Position numbers and translations under genes: made by a program. The notes below the pieces were generated by a model, which was not told where the DNA came from, searched no databases, and saw nothing but the letters and a program-made list of their open reading frames with translations. Shown piece by piece: positions 26,974 to 39,140 of a DNA stretch of 64,000 bases. Source of the DNA: Camelus dromedarius (lineage: Eukaryota); the NCBI RefSeq assembly GCF_036321535.1, contig NC_087436.1:40922001-40986000 (forward strand), read 5' to 3'. The stretch's first letter is position 1; every line of letters starts with the position of its first letter.

Positions 26974-28238
26974 TTTAAAGACAATTAAAAGACAAGACAC
27001 AGTAAACCTTCTAGAAGAATACATAGGCAAAACATTCTCTGACATAAATCTTAGCAATGTTCTCCTAGGGCAATCTACCCAGGCAATAGAAATAAAAGCA
27101 AAAATAAACTAATGGGACCTAATTAAACATGAGCTTTTGCATAACAAAGGAAACCATAAGTAAAACAAAATGACAACCTACAGAATGGGAGAAAATATTT
27201 CCAAATGATGTGACTGACAAAGGTTTAATTCCCATTACATATACTCTGCTCATACAACTTAATAACAACAAAAACAAAAAAAATCCAATCCAAATATTGG
27301 CAGAAGACCTAAATAAGCAATTCTCCAATGAAGACATACAAATGGCCAATTGGAACGTGAAAAAATGCTCAATATTACTAATGATCAGAGAAATGCAAAT
27401 CAAAACTACAGTGAGGTATCACTTCACATTAGTCAGAATGGCCATCATTCAAAAGTACATGAACAATAAATGCTGGAGCGGGTGTGGAGAAAAGGGAGCC
27501 CTCCTATATTACTGGTGAGAATGTAGTTTGGAGCAATATGGAAAACAGCCTGGAGATTCCTCAAAAAAACTAAAAATAGACTTACCCTATGATCCCATAT
27601 GCCCATTCCTGAGCATGTATCTGGAGTGAACTCCAATTTGAAAAGATATATGCACCCCAGTGTTCATAGCATCACTATATATGCAACAGCCAAGACATGG
27701 AAGCAATCTAAATGCCCATCAACAGATAACTGGATAAAGTTGTGGTATATTTATACAATGGAATACTACTCAGCCATAAAAAAGAATAAAATAATGCCAT
27801 TTGCAGTAACATAGATGGGCCTAGAGATTGTCATTCTAAGTGAAGTAAGCCAGAAAGAGAAAGTAAAATATATATCACTTATATGTGGGATTTTTAAAAA
27901 AAGGAAATAAAAAAATAAAAGAGGACACTAACGAATTTATGTACAAAACAGAGACAGACTTGCAGACATAGTAAACAGTCCTATGGTTACCAGGGGAAAG
28001 GGAGTGAAGAGGGATAAACTTGGGAGATTGAGATTTGCAAATGTTAACCACTATATATAAAAACAGATAAAAAACAAATTTCTTCTGTATAGCACAGGGA
28101 ACTATATTCAATATCTTGTAATAACCTTTAATGAAAAAGAATATGAAAATGAATATATGTGTATATATACACGACTGGGACATTATGTTATACACCAGAA
28201 ACTGGCACATTGTTATTGACTATACTTCACTGAAAAAA
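26974..28238 (+). mobile_element. 5'-truncated younger L1 with perfect 16-bp TSD
   Basis: ORF2 peptides ([61 protein letters not shown]), 3'UTR, A-tail; TSD aaagatgcaatattag at 26958-26973 and 28239-28254 at a TT/AAAG endonuclease-type site. Confidence 0.97.
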
Positions 28239-29632
28239 AAAGATGCAATATTAGGCCATTGCCATCTTTTGAGAGTTGCCCTTAAGATGTATTAGATGGG
28301 CTGGGGAGAGGAAATTAGAACAAAAGAAAGCTAGTAAGTCAATAAAGTTACATTTGTCTAAAACAAACATCCACTTGAAATTACGTGATCTTTTTTACAA
28401 AATATATTTAATATAGTATCAATTTTATTTTCACAAATTGATAAATAGGGTAGGGATTGTTATACGAATTTTGAAAACTCAGGAAATATCAGTAGACTTT
28501 GTACAATTTGTAAAAGTTGAGTAGAAGAGTGAGAGTTAAATATAAAGTTTTCTTGTAGCTCAGGGTTATTTATACCTTTAGACAATCATTTTCCTAAAAA
28601 TGTTTTCCTGCCAACTTGGAGAAACTGTTCATTTAAGAAAAACAAAAAAATCTAACTAGTTAGATTTCATTATGCTATATACGTACAAGCAAATATATCC
28701 CCCCTCAAATTTTCAGTAGCATTTGGTCATGTAAACTTTCTATTCTATTTGAAACTACATTCTCTCTTAGTTTTCAAGATTCTAGGTATTCACCAATCTT
28801 CTAATTCTTTTTTTTTTCAACTTCTTTCATTTTATCTTTTTTACTCTCCAATTAGAGGATTTTGGACATGCTTCTCAGTATGCACCCACTTCTTTAAGAA
28901 TGCATTCATCCTCATGGAATAAGAAATCTGTTACTAAAAGACAGTTCTCCAGTATCTATTTCTAAGACTGAGTGGTTTCCCACAATTCAGACTTCACTCT
29001 TGAGTAGGTGAGGTAACTGTAAAGACATGTGTTGGCATGTGGGTATGGGAACCATAACAGTCTGGAAACATTTGCAATGACAATGTTGAAAATGTGATAA
29101 GTCAAATAAAACTGAATTAAAAATAAAGCTTATCAGAACTGAAGAACTGACTCTGTCTAACTACTATGTCTATGGAATAAAACTAATAAACCTGTTTGAA
29201 GACTTTTTTAAAGATATTTATTTTAAGATTTTATTTAAAATTTTTAGCATACAGCTTCAAAATCTTAAGACAATAAGACCAGAATCAACAGGACATTAGC
29301 AGAAGGTGAAGGAGTAAGGGTTATTATCTCTAGAAGAGAGACAAAAAAGCAGACCTCTAAGACCGACAGCAGCTATAAGATCCACAGCAGATCTATCAGT
29401 AGATCTATAGCACATCTATAAAATCTATAAAAGGAGCAAAAGGGTCTGTTTGTTCACTTCCATACCCCAGCACCTACAAAAGTGGCTACTGCACTATAGT
29501 TGTTCAACAAACATTTGTTGATAAAAATGAATGATCTAAGATACGTGAGTTTTACCAGGGTAGTAAAAAAGACTATAGAGGAGTTGTACTGAAATAGACG
29601 GTGTATATGTTATATACTTCTACTCTTGAAAA

Positions 29633-30848
29633 CAGTGGTAATCAAACTCTTCAGCCTCAGGAAAACCATAAACTTAAACTTTTTTTGAGGACCCCTCAAA
29701 AGCTTTTGTTTGGTTTATGTGGTTATTTACCATACTGAATGGATATTAAAAAATACGTTTTATAATATAACAATGAACTTGTTACATCTTAAAATAAATC
29801 TTTTTGTAAAAAATATTTTTTCAATGTAAAAAATTTATGAGGAAATGGAATTGTTTAACATTTTTCAACATTTTTAATATATGCCTTTCCAGATAATTGT
29901 GGATATTCTTCTTTGGTGATAAATGAAAACATATTAAGTAGAAGTTTCTTAACAGTTAGTCTCAGTGTGGAATGTCACAGTAAAATCCACTGGACCTACC
30001 TGCATTTTATGTTATTTTATGAGCATTTTATCCATGCATGTTTTTGCAACATAATACTTTGGTGATTTAGAAAAAGTTGGGTTTTTGGATTTTTAAAAAA
30101 CAGATCCAAATGTTGACACATTTTAACATACAAAATAAAAATAACTGCATCTGTTAATTTCCTCGTCAGAAAAAATGTTTAAGACTGGAAGGGATCAAGC
30201 TCAAAGTGGTATATAAAAGTTTTCAAAATCTAATGTTTGCTCTTAAGTTCAAATTTTAAGTTATTTTCCTTAGTGTCAGGCTCACTTAATTAGTTCATTT
30301 CTGAGAAAACATCTGTCAAGTACTCAAGCCTGTATAATCCCAATTTGCCTCTCATTTATTCTTTCAAGCTTAAGTCGTGGTCATTTGAAAAAAGTGACTA
30401 CTTCAGTTTTCAAATCAAACAATCGCACAGGTGTTTTCACATAAGGACTGTACTTTGATCTGCACCTTAAGTGCTTTATGCATATTTTCACTCTGCATAT
30501 TTTCACACGTGATATTAAAAATACAAATGTACTATTGCTAATATTTAATAATATTAATTTTTATACCTCCATTGAAGATAAAAACTGGATTCTGTTTGTT
30601 TTACAATGAGTTCTTGCTGGTGAAAAAAAAATCACTACTAGAAGTGTTCGGTGTCCTTGTCTTAATTCATGCTAAAGCAACAGCAGTTTTACTCACCATT
30701 GAGTCTAACTCTTTAGTTTACATATTAACACAATGAAAACAGAAAATAACATCCTAGCATTATTATAAAAATAGTACTGATCTTTTGGACTCCCTAAAAG
30801 GATTGTGGGGTCCTCACACAAGTGTACGGATACACTTTGAAAACTGGT
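29633..30848 (-). mobile_element. Charlie1-like (hAT) DNA transposon fossil
   Basis: Ends cagtggtaatcaaact...tgaggacccc and ...cacttt gaaaactg; internal gctaaagcaacagcagttttactcaccattg and cattattataaaaatagt match antisense Charlie1. Confidence 0.8.
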
Positions 30849-31911
30849 ATTCTGTAAGATTATTACACTCTGGTTCATTTACTCCAAAATACAGTTCAAT
30901 AAAAAATAGTTTCTGAATGTCTTTTTCTGATATTCTGTTGTTAATTTCCCTAAATATAAATAACTATCAAATTCTATGTCTAGAAACAAAGCAAGAGAGT
31001 ATCTGGCAGAAGTGTAAATTTTTGAAAGAGAGTTAAATGAACAGCATGTGCTTTCAGCTTCTTGACTAGATTGGACTGGTATTGATTGTTGTCTGTCTAA
31101 GTCTAAGGCAATGTTTTATGCTACTATGGATTTATTCTTTCAGGCTCATTTACTGTGCCAACCATAATTTTGTTTCAGGACTGAGTTCTTGTTACCTGTT
31201 TCAATTCTAGGACTGACAGTGCCAAAATAAAGTGTCTATAGAGCGTTGGTTAATACACATGCCTGGGAGTACACAGGCCTGGTTTTTATGAAGCATTCTT
31301 TGAATATTAAGTAATACTATCAATCCCTTATTAATTACCATTAATTAAAATTAATAAAGTAGCTGTCTTCATGTTAGACTGTTTTTTGAATTTTTATATT
31401 ATTGTGATTGGCCTAGCTTGAGCTACGTGCTCAAATTTACCTGATAAATCTTAACCAATGGAGAAAACTTAAGTTTTGAAAGAATATTGTGGTGCTCTTA
31501 AAAAGAGGAAAATATTTGGTTTTGGCCTGAGTTACTAAACAGGTGACTCAATTCTGTGATTTACATACATCTTGTATATCAGGTCCAGAGAGCCAGGAAA
31601 CAAGAACTCCAGGAAGGAACCCCTAAGAGTCTCACTCTCTGGAATGTAAATTGCTAGCCAAGTGACAGAATGAAAAAGTTGGAGTTCATTCACCTTTATG
31701 GAAATTGAATGAGGATTCATAGAAATCATATTCTTTATTTCACAAGATTGTAATTCTTTCTATAATTTTATCATAATACAATTTCTGTATGTGAGGAAAA
31801 CAAACAAAAAAAAAGATTTTAGAGTCTATTTTTCTCAAAACAATTTGTAGACATAGCGTAGGGGACCAAACCAATTACTCTGTGAAAATGAAGAAATTCA
31901 GCCATGATATC

Positions 31912-32440
31912 CGTGATGACTTTGCAACATGTCAACTTGGAGGAGCTAAACTACATTTCCCAGAATTCCTTTCCAGCTTTTTCTCCAGTTAGCACGGGCC
32001 ATGAGAGAGATTCTTGCTGGAGATGTGAAGGGCAAAAGTGACACAGCAGCCATTTTCAATATCTCCTATACACCCTTGTTTTCCTGCTGGCTCGTGAAGC
32101 AGCACATAGGTGTACAACTGGTCCATATTCTCCTGTATCCTCCTCAGCTTCTCTGAGTCTGAGGCAAAGGTGTATGTGTTTCCCTTCATAATGAAGGGCA
32201 TCCTGGTCTTCCGTTGAGGTCGGAGGCAATAGTAACTGATACAGATTTCTGTCCTCAAAGGCTCCAGTTCATATTTGTGGGTACCAGCTGGTTCTTCTCT
32301 CCATCTTACATCCATCTTCCTATCTTAATTGCCTGCTGTTCTCTGGCTTCAAGCTCCCACACCAGACATGACAAGAGCTTTAAAGAAACGACTTCACTAG
32401 CTCCTGTACTTGTATAAAATCACACCCCTATAACATAAAA
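31912..32440 (+). mobile_element. MLT2E/F-like ERVL LTR
   Basis: tgtcaacttgg...aactacatttcccagaattcc...gagatgtgaagggcaaaagtgacacagcagccat. Confidence 0.65.
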
Positions 32441-33186
32441 CTGCATTCACTTTCACATAAAACCAAGACTTTTGTGAGGATAAGGTTAAATCTAAATTCA
32501 CATTAGTCCTAGTATGTCAAGAGAAAATTTGTTGTGAAGTATTTTCTCAGATTTTCAGGAGGTGAATAATGGATGTGACAAAATGGCGGGGTTATATACA
32601 ATTTTGAGGAAGTGTGTAGAAATATGTTAAAGCTGTTTTGGAAATTTTAGAGAGAAGGACTTCACTATCAGCAGCAATCATCTGATGAAGGAGGAAGGTG
32701 ACAATACTGAGAAAAATTTCCCTTGGGAAGTAAGTTGATTTATCTCAAGCCAGGAGAAGCATAGCAACAAAAATGGAGACTTTTATCGTTTGTTCTTACC
32801 AGCTTCTAATATTACATAGCTGACAATTTTATCATGCCATTCTGTCTCTCCCTGCTAGAATACAAGTTTTATCAGGATAGACGTCTTTTTCTGTCTTCTT
32901 AATTAAACAGGACCCAGGATATAACCTGGCACAAAATAAGTGCTCAATAAGTATTAGATTGATGAAGAATTAAATGAAGGAGTGAATATATGAATAATTG
33001 CAGTGCCTTCCTGTCCTCTGGCTATTTGTGTTTTAATGGCAAAGGAACTCCATGTGATTAAAATAAAGAACAGCCTCTGTGTTCCTGATTTCAACAGAAC
33101 TGTTTCAGCATATGAAAGCAACACAAACAGGTTGCTCAAGGTATGACTGAGGAAAAACAAAATGACAACAAAACCCCCTTTATTCC

Positions 33187-33538
33187 TGCTACAGGAAGAA
33201 AGTTTATGTACCCCTCTCATCAAATACATATGCTGAGACTAATGCCCAATGGGATGGTATTAAGACATGGGCATTGCAATGTGATTAGGTCACGGAATGA
33301 AACCCTCATGCATGGAATTAGTGCCCTTATAAATGAGGCCTTACACAGCTCCCTTGCACCTTCTGCCAGGAGAGGATGAAATGAGGAGTCGGCAGTCTAC
33401 AATCCAGGAGAGAGCTCTCACCAGAAATATGCTGGCACTGTAATTTTGGACTTCCAGTCTCCAAAACCATGAAAGATAAATATTTATTGTTTATAATCCC
33501 GTCTGTGGCATTTTGTTATAGCAGGGCAGACAAAGACA
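33187..33538 (+). mobile_element. MLT1A-like MaLR solo LTR, full length
   Basis: TG...CA termini, MLT1A text (gtgattaggtca...ggaattagtgcccttataa...ttggacttccag); perfect 5-bp TSD ATTCC at 33182-33186 and 33539-33543. Confidence 0.92.
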
Positions 33539-33647
33539 ATTCCTTTTCCCTAAAGCGTATGTAATCTCGGCAGCTTCTCTTGATTTTTTTTTCTCTTCTT
33601 CTCTGACAGACAGTGACGCTCCTCTTCCTCATATATTAACCTTCCCT

Positions 33648-34147
33648 TGATCTGTTAGCTAAGCTTTGCCAGCTTAAAATTGGCACTTGCCACCTGCCTC
33701 TATGGGGATTGAATCACATTGGCACTTGTCATCTACCTCTGCTTGGATTAAATCATAAAACCACTTCACCCGCTGACTTCCAACACTCCCTGAGAGGCTT
33801 TCAGGATGGTGCTCAGAAATGAGGCACGCTGTGCTCTGGGAAACTGGCAGAACAGGCCTTCAGATAGATAGTTTCAGGAGAATATTTATAAGCCCAAATT
33901 CTTGTGCCTCTTCTTATCTAGAAAAGCACAAAATCATTAACAGTGACATCTGCTCCTTGTGACTAGTAGCAAGCCTCTGCCTAGACATGTGCTTGACTGC
34001 ACGTCCCCCTTCACTGAAATCCCCCACCTCTTCAGATCAGTTCTCAGAGCTACCTGAGATGCTTTCTCCTGGGCTATAGTCCTCATTCTACTCTGAATAA
34101 AATTTAACTCACACTCCCACATTGTGTGATTTTTATTTCAGTTGACA
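33648..34147 (+). mobile_element. ERV1-type solo LTR
   Basis: TG...ttcagttgaCA termini, AATAAA ~34096, gggctatagtcctcatt motif; imperfect 4-bp TSD ccct/cctt; left end uncertain by ~5 bp. Confidence 0.75.
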
Positions 34148-34278
34148 CCTTCTTGCCCTTTATTTCTTTAAACAATCCTAGTTCCATTTAATATACCTCT
34201 TCTTTTAGCTTTTATAGATATGAAGCTGAATCCATTTAACTGGGTGGCAAGGCCTATACTGGAGCCATAAGAATTTTT

Positions 34279-36045
34279 ACAAAATTAACTCAAAATGGAT
34301 TAAAGGCTTAGATGTGAAACCTAAAACTGTAAAACTCCTAGAAGAAAAAATAGGGAAAAAACTCCCTAATTGGTTTTGGCAAAGATTTTTTTGGATATGA
34401 CATCAAAAGCACAAACAACAAAAGCAAAATACACAAGTGGAACTATGTCAATTAAAAAGCTTCTGCACAGTAAAGAAAACCATCAACAAAATGAAAAGGT
34501 AACCTATGGAACAGGAGGAAATATTTGCAAACTATGTAACTGACAAGAGGTTAGTATCTAAAATATATGGGAAACTCTTACAGCTCAATAGAAAAAACAC
34601 AAATGATCCAACTTTAAAACTGAGCAAAGGACCCGAGTAGACATTTATCCAAAGAAGATACATAAATAGCCTGATGAGGAAAATGCAAATTAAAACAGCA
34701 ATGAGGTATCATTTCATTTCTGTTAGAAAGGCTTTTATCTAAGAGATGGGAGATTTGTGCTGCCAAGAATGTGAAGACAAGGGAACCCTTGTATGTTATT
34801 GCTGGAATTGTATATTCGTGCAGCCATTATGGAAAAGAGGGTGAAATTTCTTTTAAAAAATGAAAATAGAACCACTACATGATCCAGAAATCCCTCTCAT
34901 GGGTATATAGCTGAAAACATTGAGAAAAGTATCTCAAAAAGATATCTGCATTCCCATATTTTATTTTCACAATAGTTCAAAATATGGACACTAAGTGTCT
35001 ATCCATGAATGAATGAAGAGAAAAATGTGATACATTTACATACAGTGGAATATTATCCAGCCATAAAAAGAAGGAAATCCTACCACTGTGACAACATGGA
35101 TGGAAATTGAGGGCATTATGCTAAGTGAAATTCAGACCCAGAAAGACAAGTATTGTATAGTATCACTTACATATGGAACTTTAAAAAATAGTCAAAATCA
35201 TAAAAAACAAAGAGTAGACAAGGTGGTTGCCAGGGTCTGGGGTTAAAGGGAAGGGGGAGATGTTGGTGTCAAGACTTGTTAAGCCACTCCATTTTGTTGG
35301 CCAAAGGGCCTGCGGCAGCCCTTAAACTGACATTAGCCCGTTACGCAAGTACATGCCCTAGATAACAGCCCACAGAGTCACAGGTAACTGAAAGGTCCTG
35401 ATATCACTTAGTTAATGTGATACACAGTCTCCTGTCTCCCAGTGCCTTCCTCGAGTGCACCTCTTAGGTAAGACCCCCATGGAGATAATCAAAATTCCAC
35501 TCCTCTGGTTTGAATCTGTCACTGGTTTTAGCCCAGGAACCTGAAAGCATTCCACCAATAGACCCTAATAATGACATATGACCCAGATCCTGTCACTCTC
35601 TTCCTGCACCCTACCTTGACCTTGCTGTGTGGCTCCTTGAGGCACGCCATGTACTTCCTCCCAGACCTGTGAGTGATGAATGTCAAGATCACTCTATCTC
35701 AACTCCTCTTGTGGTCTTTTGTTAAACTCTGGCTCACCATCTGGTACCCTGTGGTTCTACTTAACAAATGTTGACTTAACAAAACCGTGACAGTTGTTCC
35801 AAGAGTGAAAACTTTCAATTATTAGATGAAAAAGTTCTGAAGATTTAATGTACAGCATGGTGACTATACTTAATACTGCATTGCATAGTTGAAACCTGAT
35901 GAAAGACTAGATCTGAAGCATTCTGTATGTGGGGTGACAGATGTGCTAGTGAACTTGTTTGTGGAAACCATTTCACAATGTGTATGTATCATCATGTTGT
36001 ACACTTTAAATAAACACAACTTTATTTGTTAATTATACCTAAGGA
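34279..36045 (+). mobile_element. Older L1 (L1MA/L1MB-like) 3' portion, interrupted by an LTR
   Basis: ORF2 text aaaattaactcaaaatggattaaag...; 3'UTR broken at ggagatgttgg and resuming ...aaaactttcaattattagatg; ends tttatttgttaattatacct. Confidence 0.92.
35267..35792 (+). mobile_element. Solo LTR (ERVL-like, MER54/MER73/MER74 group) nested in L1 3'UTR
   Basis: TGTCA...TGACA termini, inner ttgttaag/cttaacaa inverted match, TSD gttgg (35262-35266) / gttgt (35793-35797). Confidence 0.8.
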
Positions 36046-36059
36046 AAATAAATTTTTAT

Positions 36060-36101
36060 GTATGTAAATAATATATATATGATTTATGTATAAATATATA
36101 C

Positions 36102-36146
<45 letters not shown>
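36060..36146. repeat. (TA)n-(CA)n compound microsatellite
   Basis: Seen directly at the L1 tail. Confidence 0.9.
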
Positions 36147-36289
36147 TGTTTCACTGGTCAATTCACTTTGCTACCCTATAAAATTATGACATAATAATTC
36201 TTCCATTCTCAACTGATAATTACATTTATTATGAACAACTGAAGAAAATATGAAGAGAAGTCCTAAACTCCATGACCACAAAATTTTAC

Positions 36290-38105
36290 TTTTCTACTGC
36301 CTCTTCTAAAAAGAGCAAATACTTCTTGCACCTGTCTAAAGTCAGGTTTTCCATTTATGCACCAAAGTTTTAAATTCTCACCCAAATAGGCCATTTCTCT
36401 TGCAAGCACTCTCTTTTCTATGTTTTCTGTATTCTCCTATTTCCTAGATCCGTCCAGTTAGCATATAAAGATGACTGAATAAATGTCATCTTTAAAAGAA
36501 CAAAATCGAAACCAAATAAATATTTTCTTGGCAGCACAAGCATCTCCATTCATTTTCTCTTTCCATTATGGAAATATTCACATTGTTGTCTTGCCACCTT
36601 CATTCCTTTTCTCCAGTGTTCTCTGAAACCAATATTACAAAAAAGCTCGTCTCCACGTCACCAATGAGAATTCCTATTGTCAAGGTGAGTTATGACCTCT
36701 CATTACCATATCCACATTTCTGTTCTTGTTCCTAATCTTATCTGACATTTAAGCAATGTTGGACCCCGCTGATCACTCTCTCCCTTCTATATTTTCTTTG
36801 CTGAGATTTGATACATCATTCCTCCTGGTCCTCTTCTCAAACATTTATCTTTTAAGTTCCATATGTCTTAAAAGTCTTATATGTCATATGTCATAAGTCT
36901 CATATTTCTACTTTTATTAACTAATAAATGATGAGGTGTTGTAGGGGTTTTTCCTCTGACTCTTTTCCTTCTTTTTAAAATACTTACTATTAAGGTTACC
37001 ATGTTTAGTCAACTGTCTAATAAACTATCTCCAATCTGATGACCCCAAAATTTTATATCCCCATTCCTGACGTTTTCTCTGAACTTCAGATTCATATTAT
37101 GGCTTAGATGTTAAGAGGCATCATGAATGAACCACATCCATGAATAAAGTCCTAATTCATCCCAGTGTCTGTTTCTCCCCTGTGCTACTTATTATAGCAA
37201 ATGGCATAGCCACTGGCTTAATTAATCATCCAAATTTTTGCTTTCTTCTTGGATTTTCTATTTTGATTCCAATCTAACATGAGGCTGTTTTTATTTCCAA
37301 ACATTATGTTCCCATTGGAAATGTTACAACTGTGAGACTATATTGACTGAATAATAACTCTCTGATCAATCTAAGATTGTGTCACATAAAGTGGAACAAT
37401 CACATATGCATCATGTGTTTCGAGAAATAATGTCTTGAGAACTTAACAGTATAACTACAAAGTTGTCCTGTTACTCTTTCTCAAAAAAAATAAAAGCAGT
37501 GGTTAGAGAGAAATACACGAATCAAGCTTGGCAAAATGTCGGTAATATCTCTAAGTAGTGCTGAATACATATGGGTGTAATATCCTATTCTTTCTAGTTT
37601 TGTGTATGAATGAAAATTGCTATAACAAAATTATATTTTATATACAAAATCACTCATACACACATATTCATAAAGCTGTATTTATGGCACCTGCTTATTC
37701 CTCAGACATCCAGCCTTACAAGCCTTCCCCTTATTACTCTTCATCAGCCATGTTATCCCTTGTATAGATCTTCAAATGTACCAATTCCATAACCATTTGA
37801 GGGCTTTACATTTCCTGTTCCCTTGCCTGGAATACTCTTCCCCTATAATTCAGATGGCTCACTCTTACACTGTATTTGGTGTTCAAAAATCCCCTTCTTA
37901 AAAAAAGTCATATATCACCTTCCCACCTAAAATATTATCCTCTTTATTCCCTCTCTCCTAAGTGGATCCATTCCATTAAGATGAAAGTTTCATGAAGGAG
38001 ATGAACGTTTTCTGTTTGGTCATCTCTGTAACCTCGGTACCTTGTACAGTGCTTGCTGTATAATAATTGTTTGGAAATGCTTGTAACTAGAATAAATAAA
38101 TAAAT
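36290..38105 (+). mobile_element. L2 LINE remnant including 3' end (internal gap ~37290-37670)
   Basis: gtcaccaatga...gctgatcactctctcc...tgatgaccccaaaattttatatc...tgcctggaatactcttccc...tgtacagtgcttg...aataaataaa. Confidence 0.7.
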
Positions 38106-38145
38106 TTGTTGAATCATTCCTTTTTGGATCAAAGAGTTAATGGTA

Positions 38146-38221
38146 CATGCATGACTGGGGCATTGTGCTGTATACCAGAAACTGACACATTGTAACTGAC
38201 TGTACTTCAATTGAGAAAAAA
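38146..38221 (+). mobile_element. Extremely truncated L1 3' tip (~76 bp) with perfect 15-bp TSD
   Basis: catgactggggcattgtgctgtataccagaaactgacacattgtaactgactgtacttcaa + A-tail; TSD aaagagttaatggta at 38131-38145 and 38222-38236. Confidence 0.95.
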
Positions 38222-38719
38222 AAAGAGTTAATGGTATTTTAAAAAGATCCTTGTTGTTATTCAATAATTCTTCTTAAAGTATGACTTAGCAATTCAGCTG
38301 TCAGCAGTGCTTTGGATTTTTGATATCCACGTAGACAACAATATTCTAAAATGTTGATAAAAGAGCCCTCTCTGTCTCTCTGTCTCTCTCCCTCCCTCCC
38401 CCTTGCTGTTAACAATGTAACCATGCTTACTATGATGCTTTAATTTTTTCATACTTATTTTCTGAGCTTCCCCAGGTCATGATTCATCTTTTTTCTGTTT
38501 TCTTATTAACCATAGCTGTACAAAGCAGTCACCTGAGGAGCTTAACCACTGGAGAATGGGTTCTTCACTACAGATACACTACAGAGATTCTGATATAATT
38601 ACTACAATTATAATTGGGCCATTGACATTTATAAAAAATATTCTTAAACAGTTCTAACATACATTTATTAAGAAATGCTGAATTAACTTTTTGTTTAGTT
38701 CTGCCTTGGGATTAGTTTC

Positions 38720-39140
38720 TATCATTCATATTTTCCTTATAATTTATGAAAGTTTTCATGTTTATTTGGATAGACTTGAGAAAAGTATTCAATTACAGTT
38801 CTTTTGATCTCATTAGGGTTTGTGCTATTACCTCATTCTTATTTTCTTTTTAATTTAACTATATTAGCTAAATGTTGATCTCTTCTATTATTTTATATGA
38901 ACAGAATCAGCTCTTGCATTCATTCAGTAGTCCTATCAATTTTCTGTTTTCTACTTCATTATTTTATGTAGTTACATTTCTTCTCTTCCTCTTAGATTAT
39001 TGTTTTCTATTCTCTAACTTTTTGAACTGAATGATTATTCAATTTATTTTCACCATCTTTTTAATAAATATATTTAGTTAAGTTTCTGAATATTTTTCTA
39101 AACATAATTTAGCTGGATGACATAGCCTCTGGTAAGTCAT
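38720..39140 (-). mobile_element. Ancient L1 ORF2 remnant
   Basis: T-rich antisense ORF2-like text (agaatcagctctt...ttttctgttttctacttcatt...); degenerate. Confidence 0.5.

Noticed and set aside
34266..36060. TSD for the older L1 (taagaattttta / taaattttta)
   Set aside because: Low-complexity and requires gaps; not reliable
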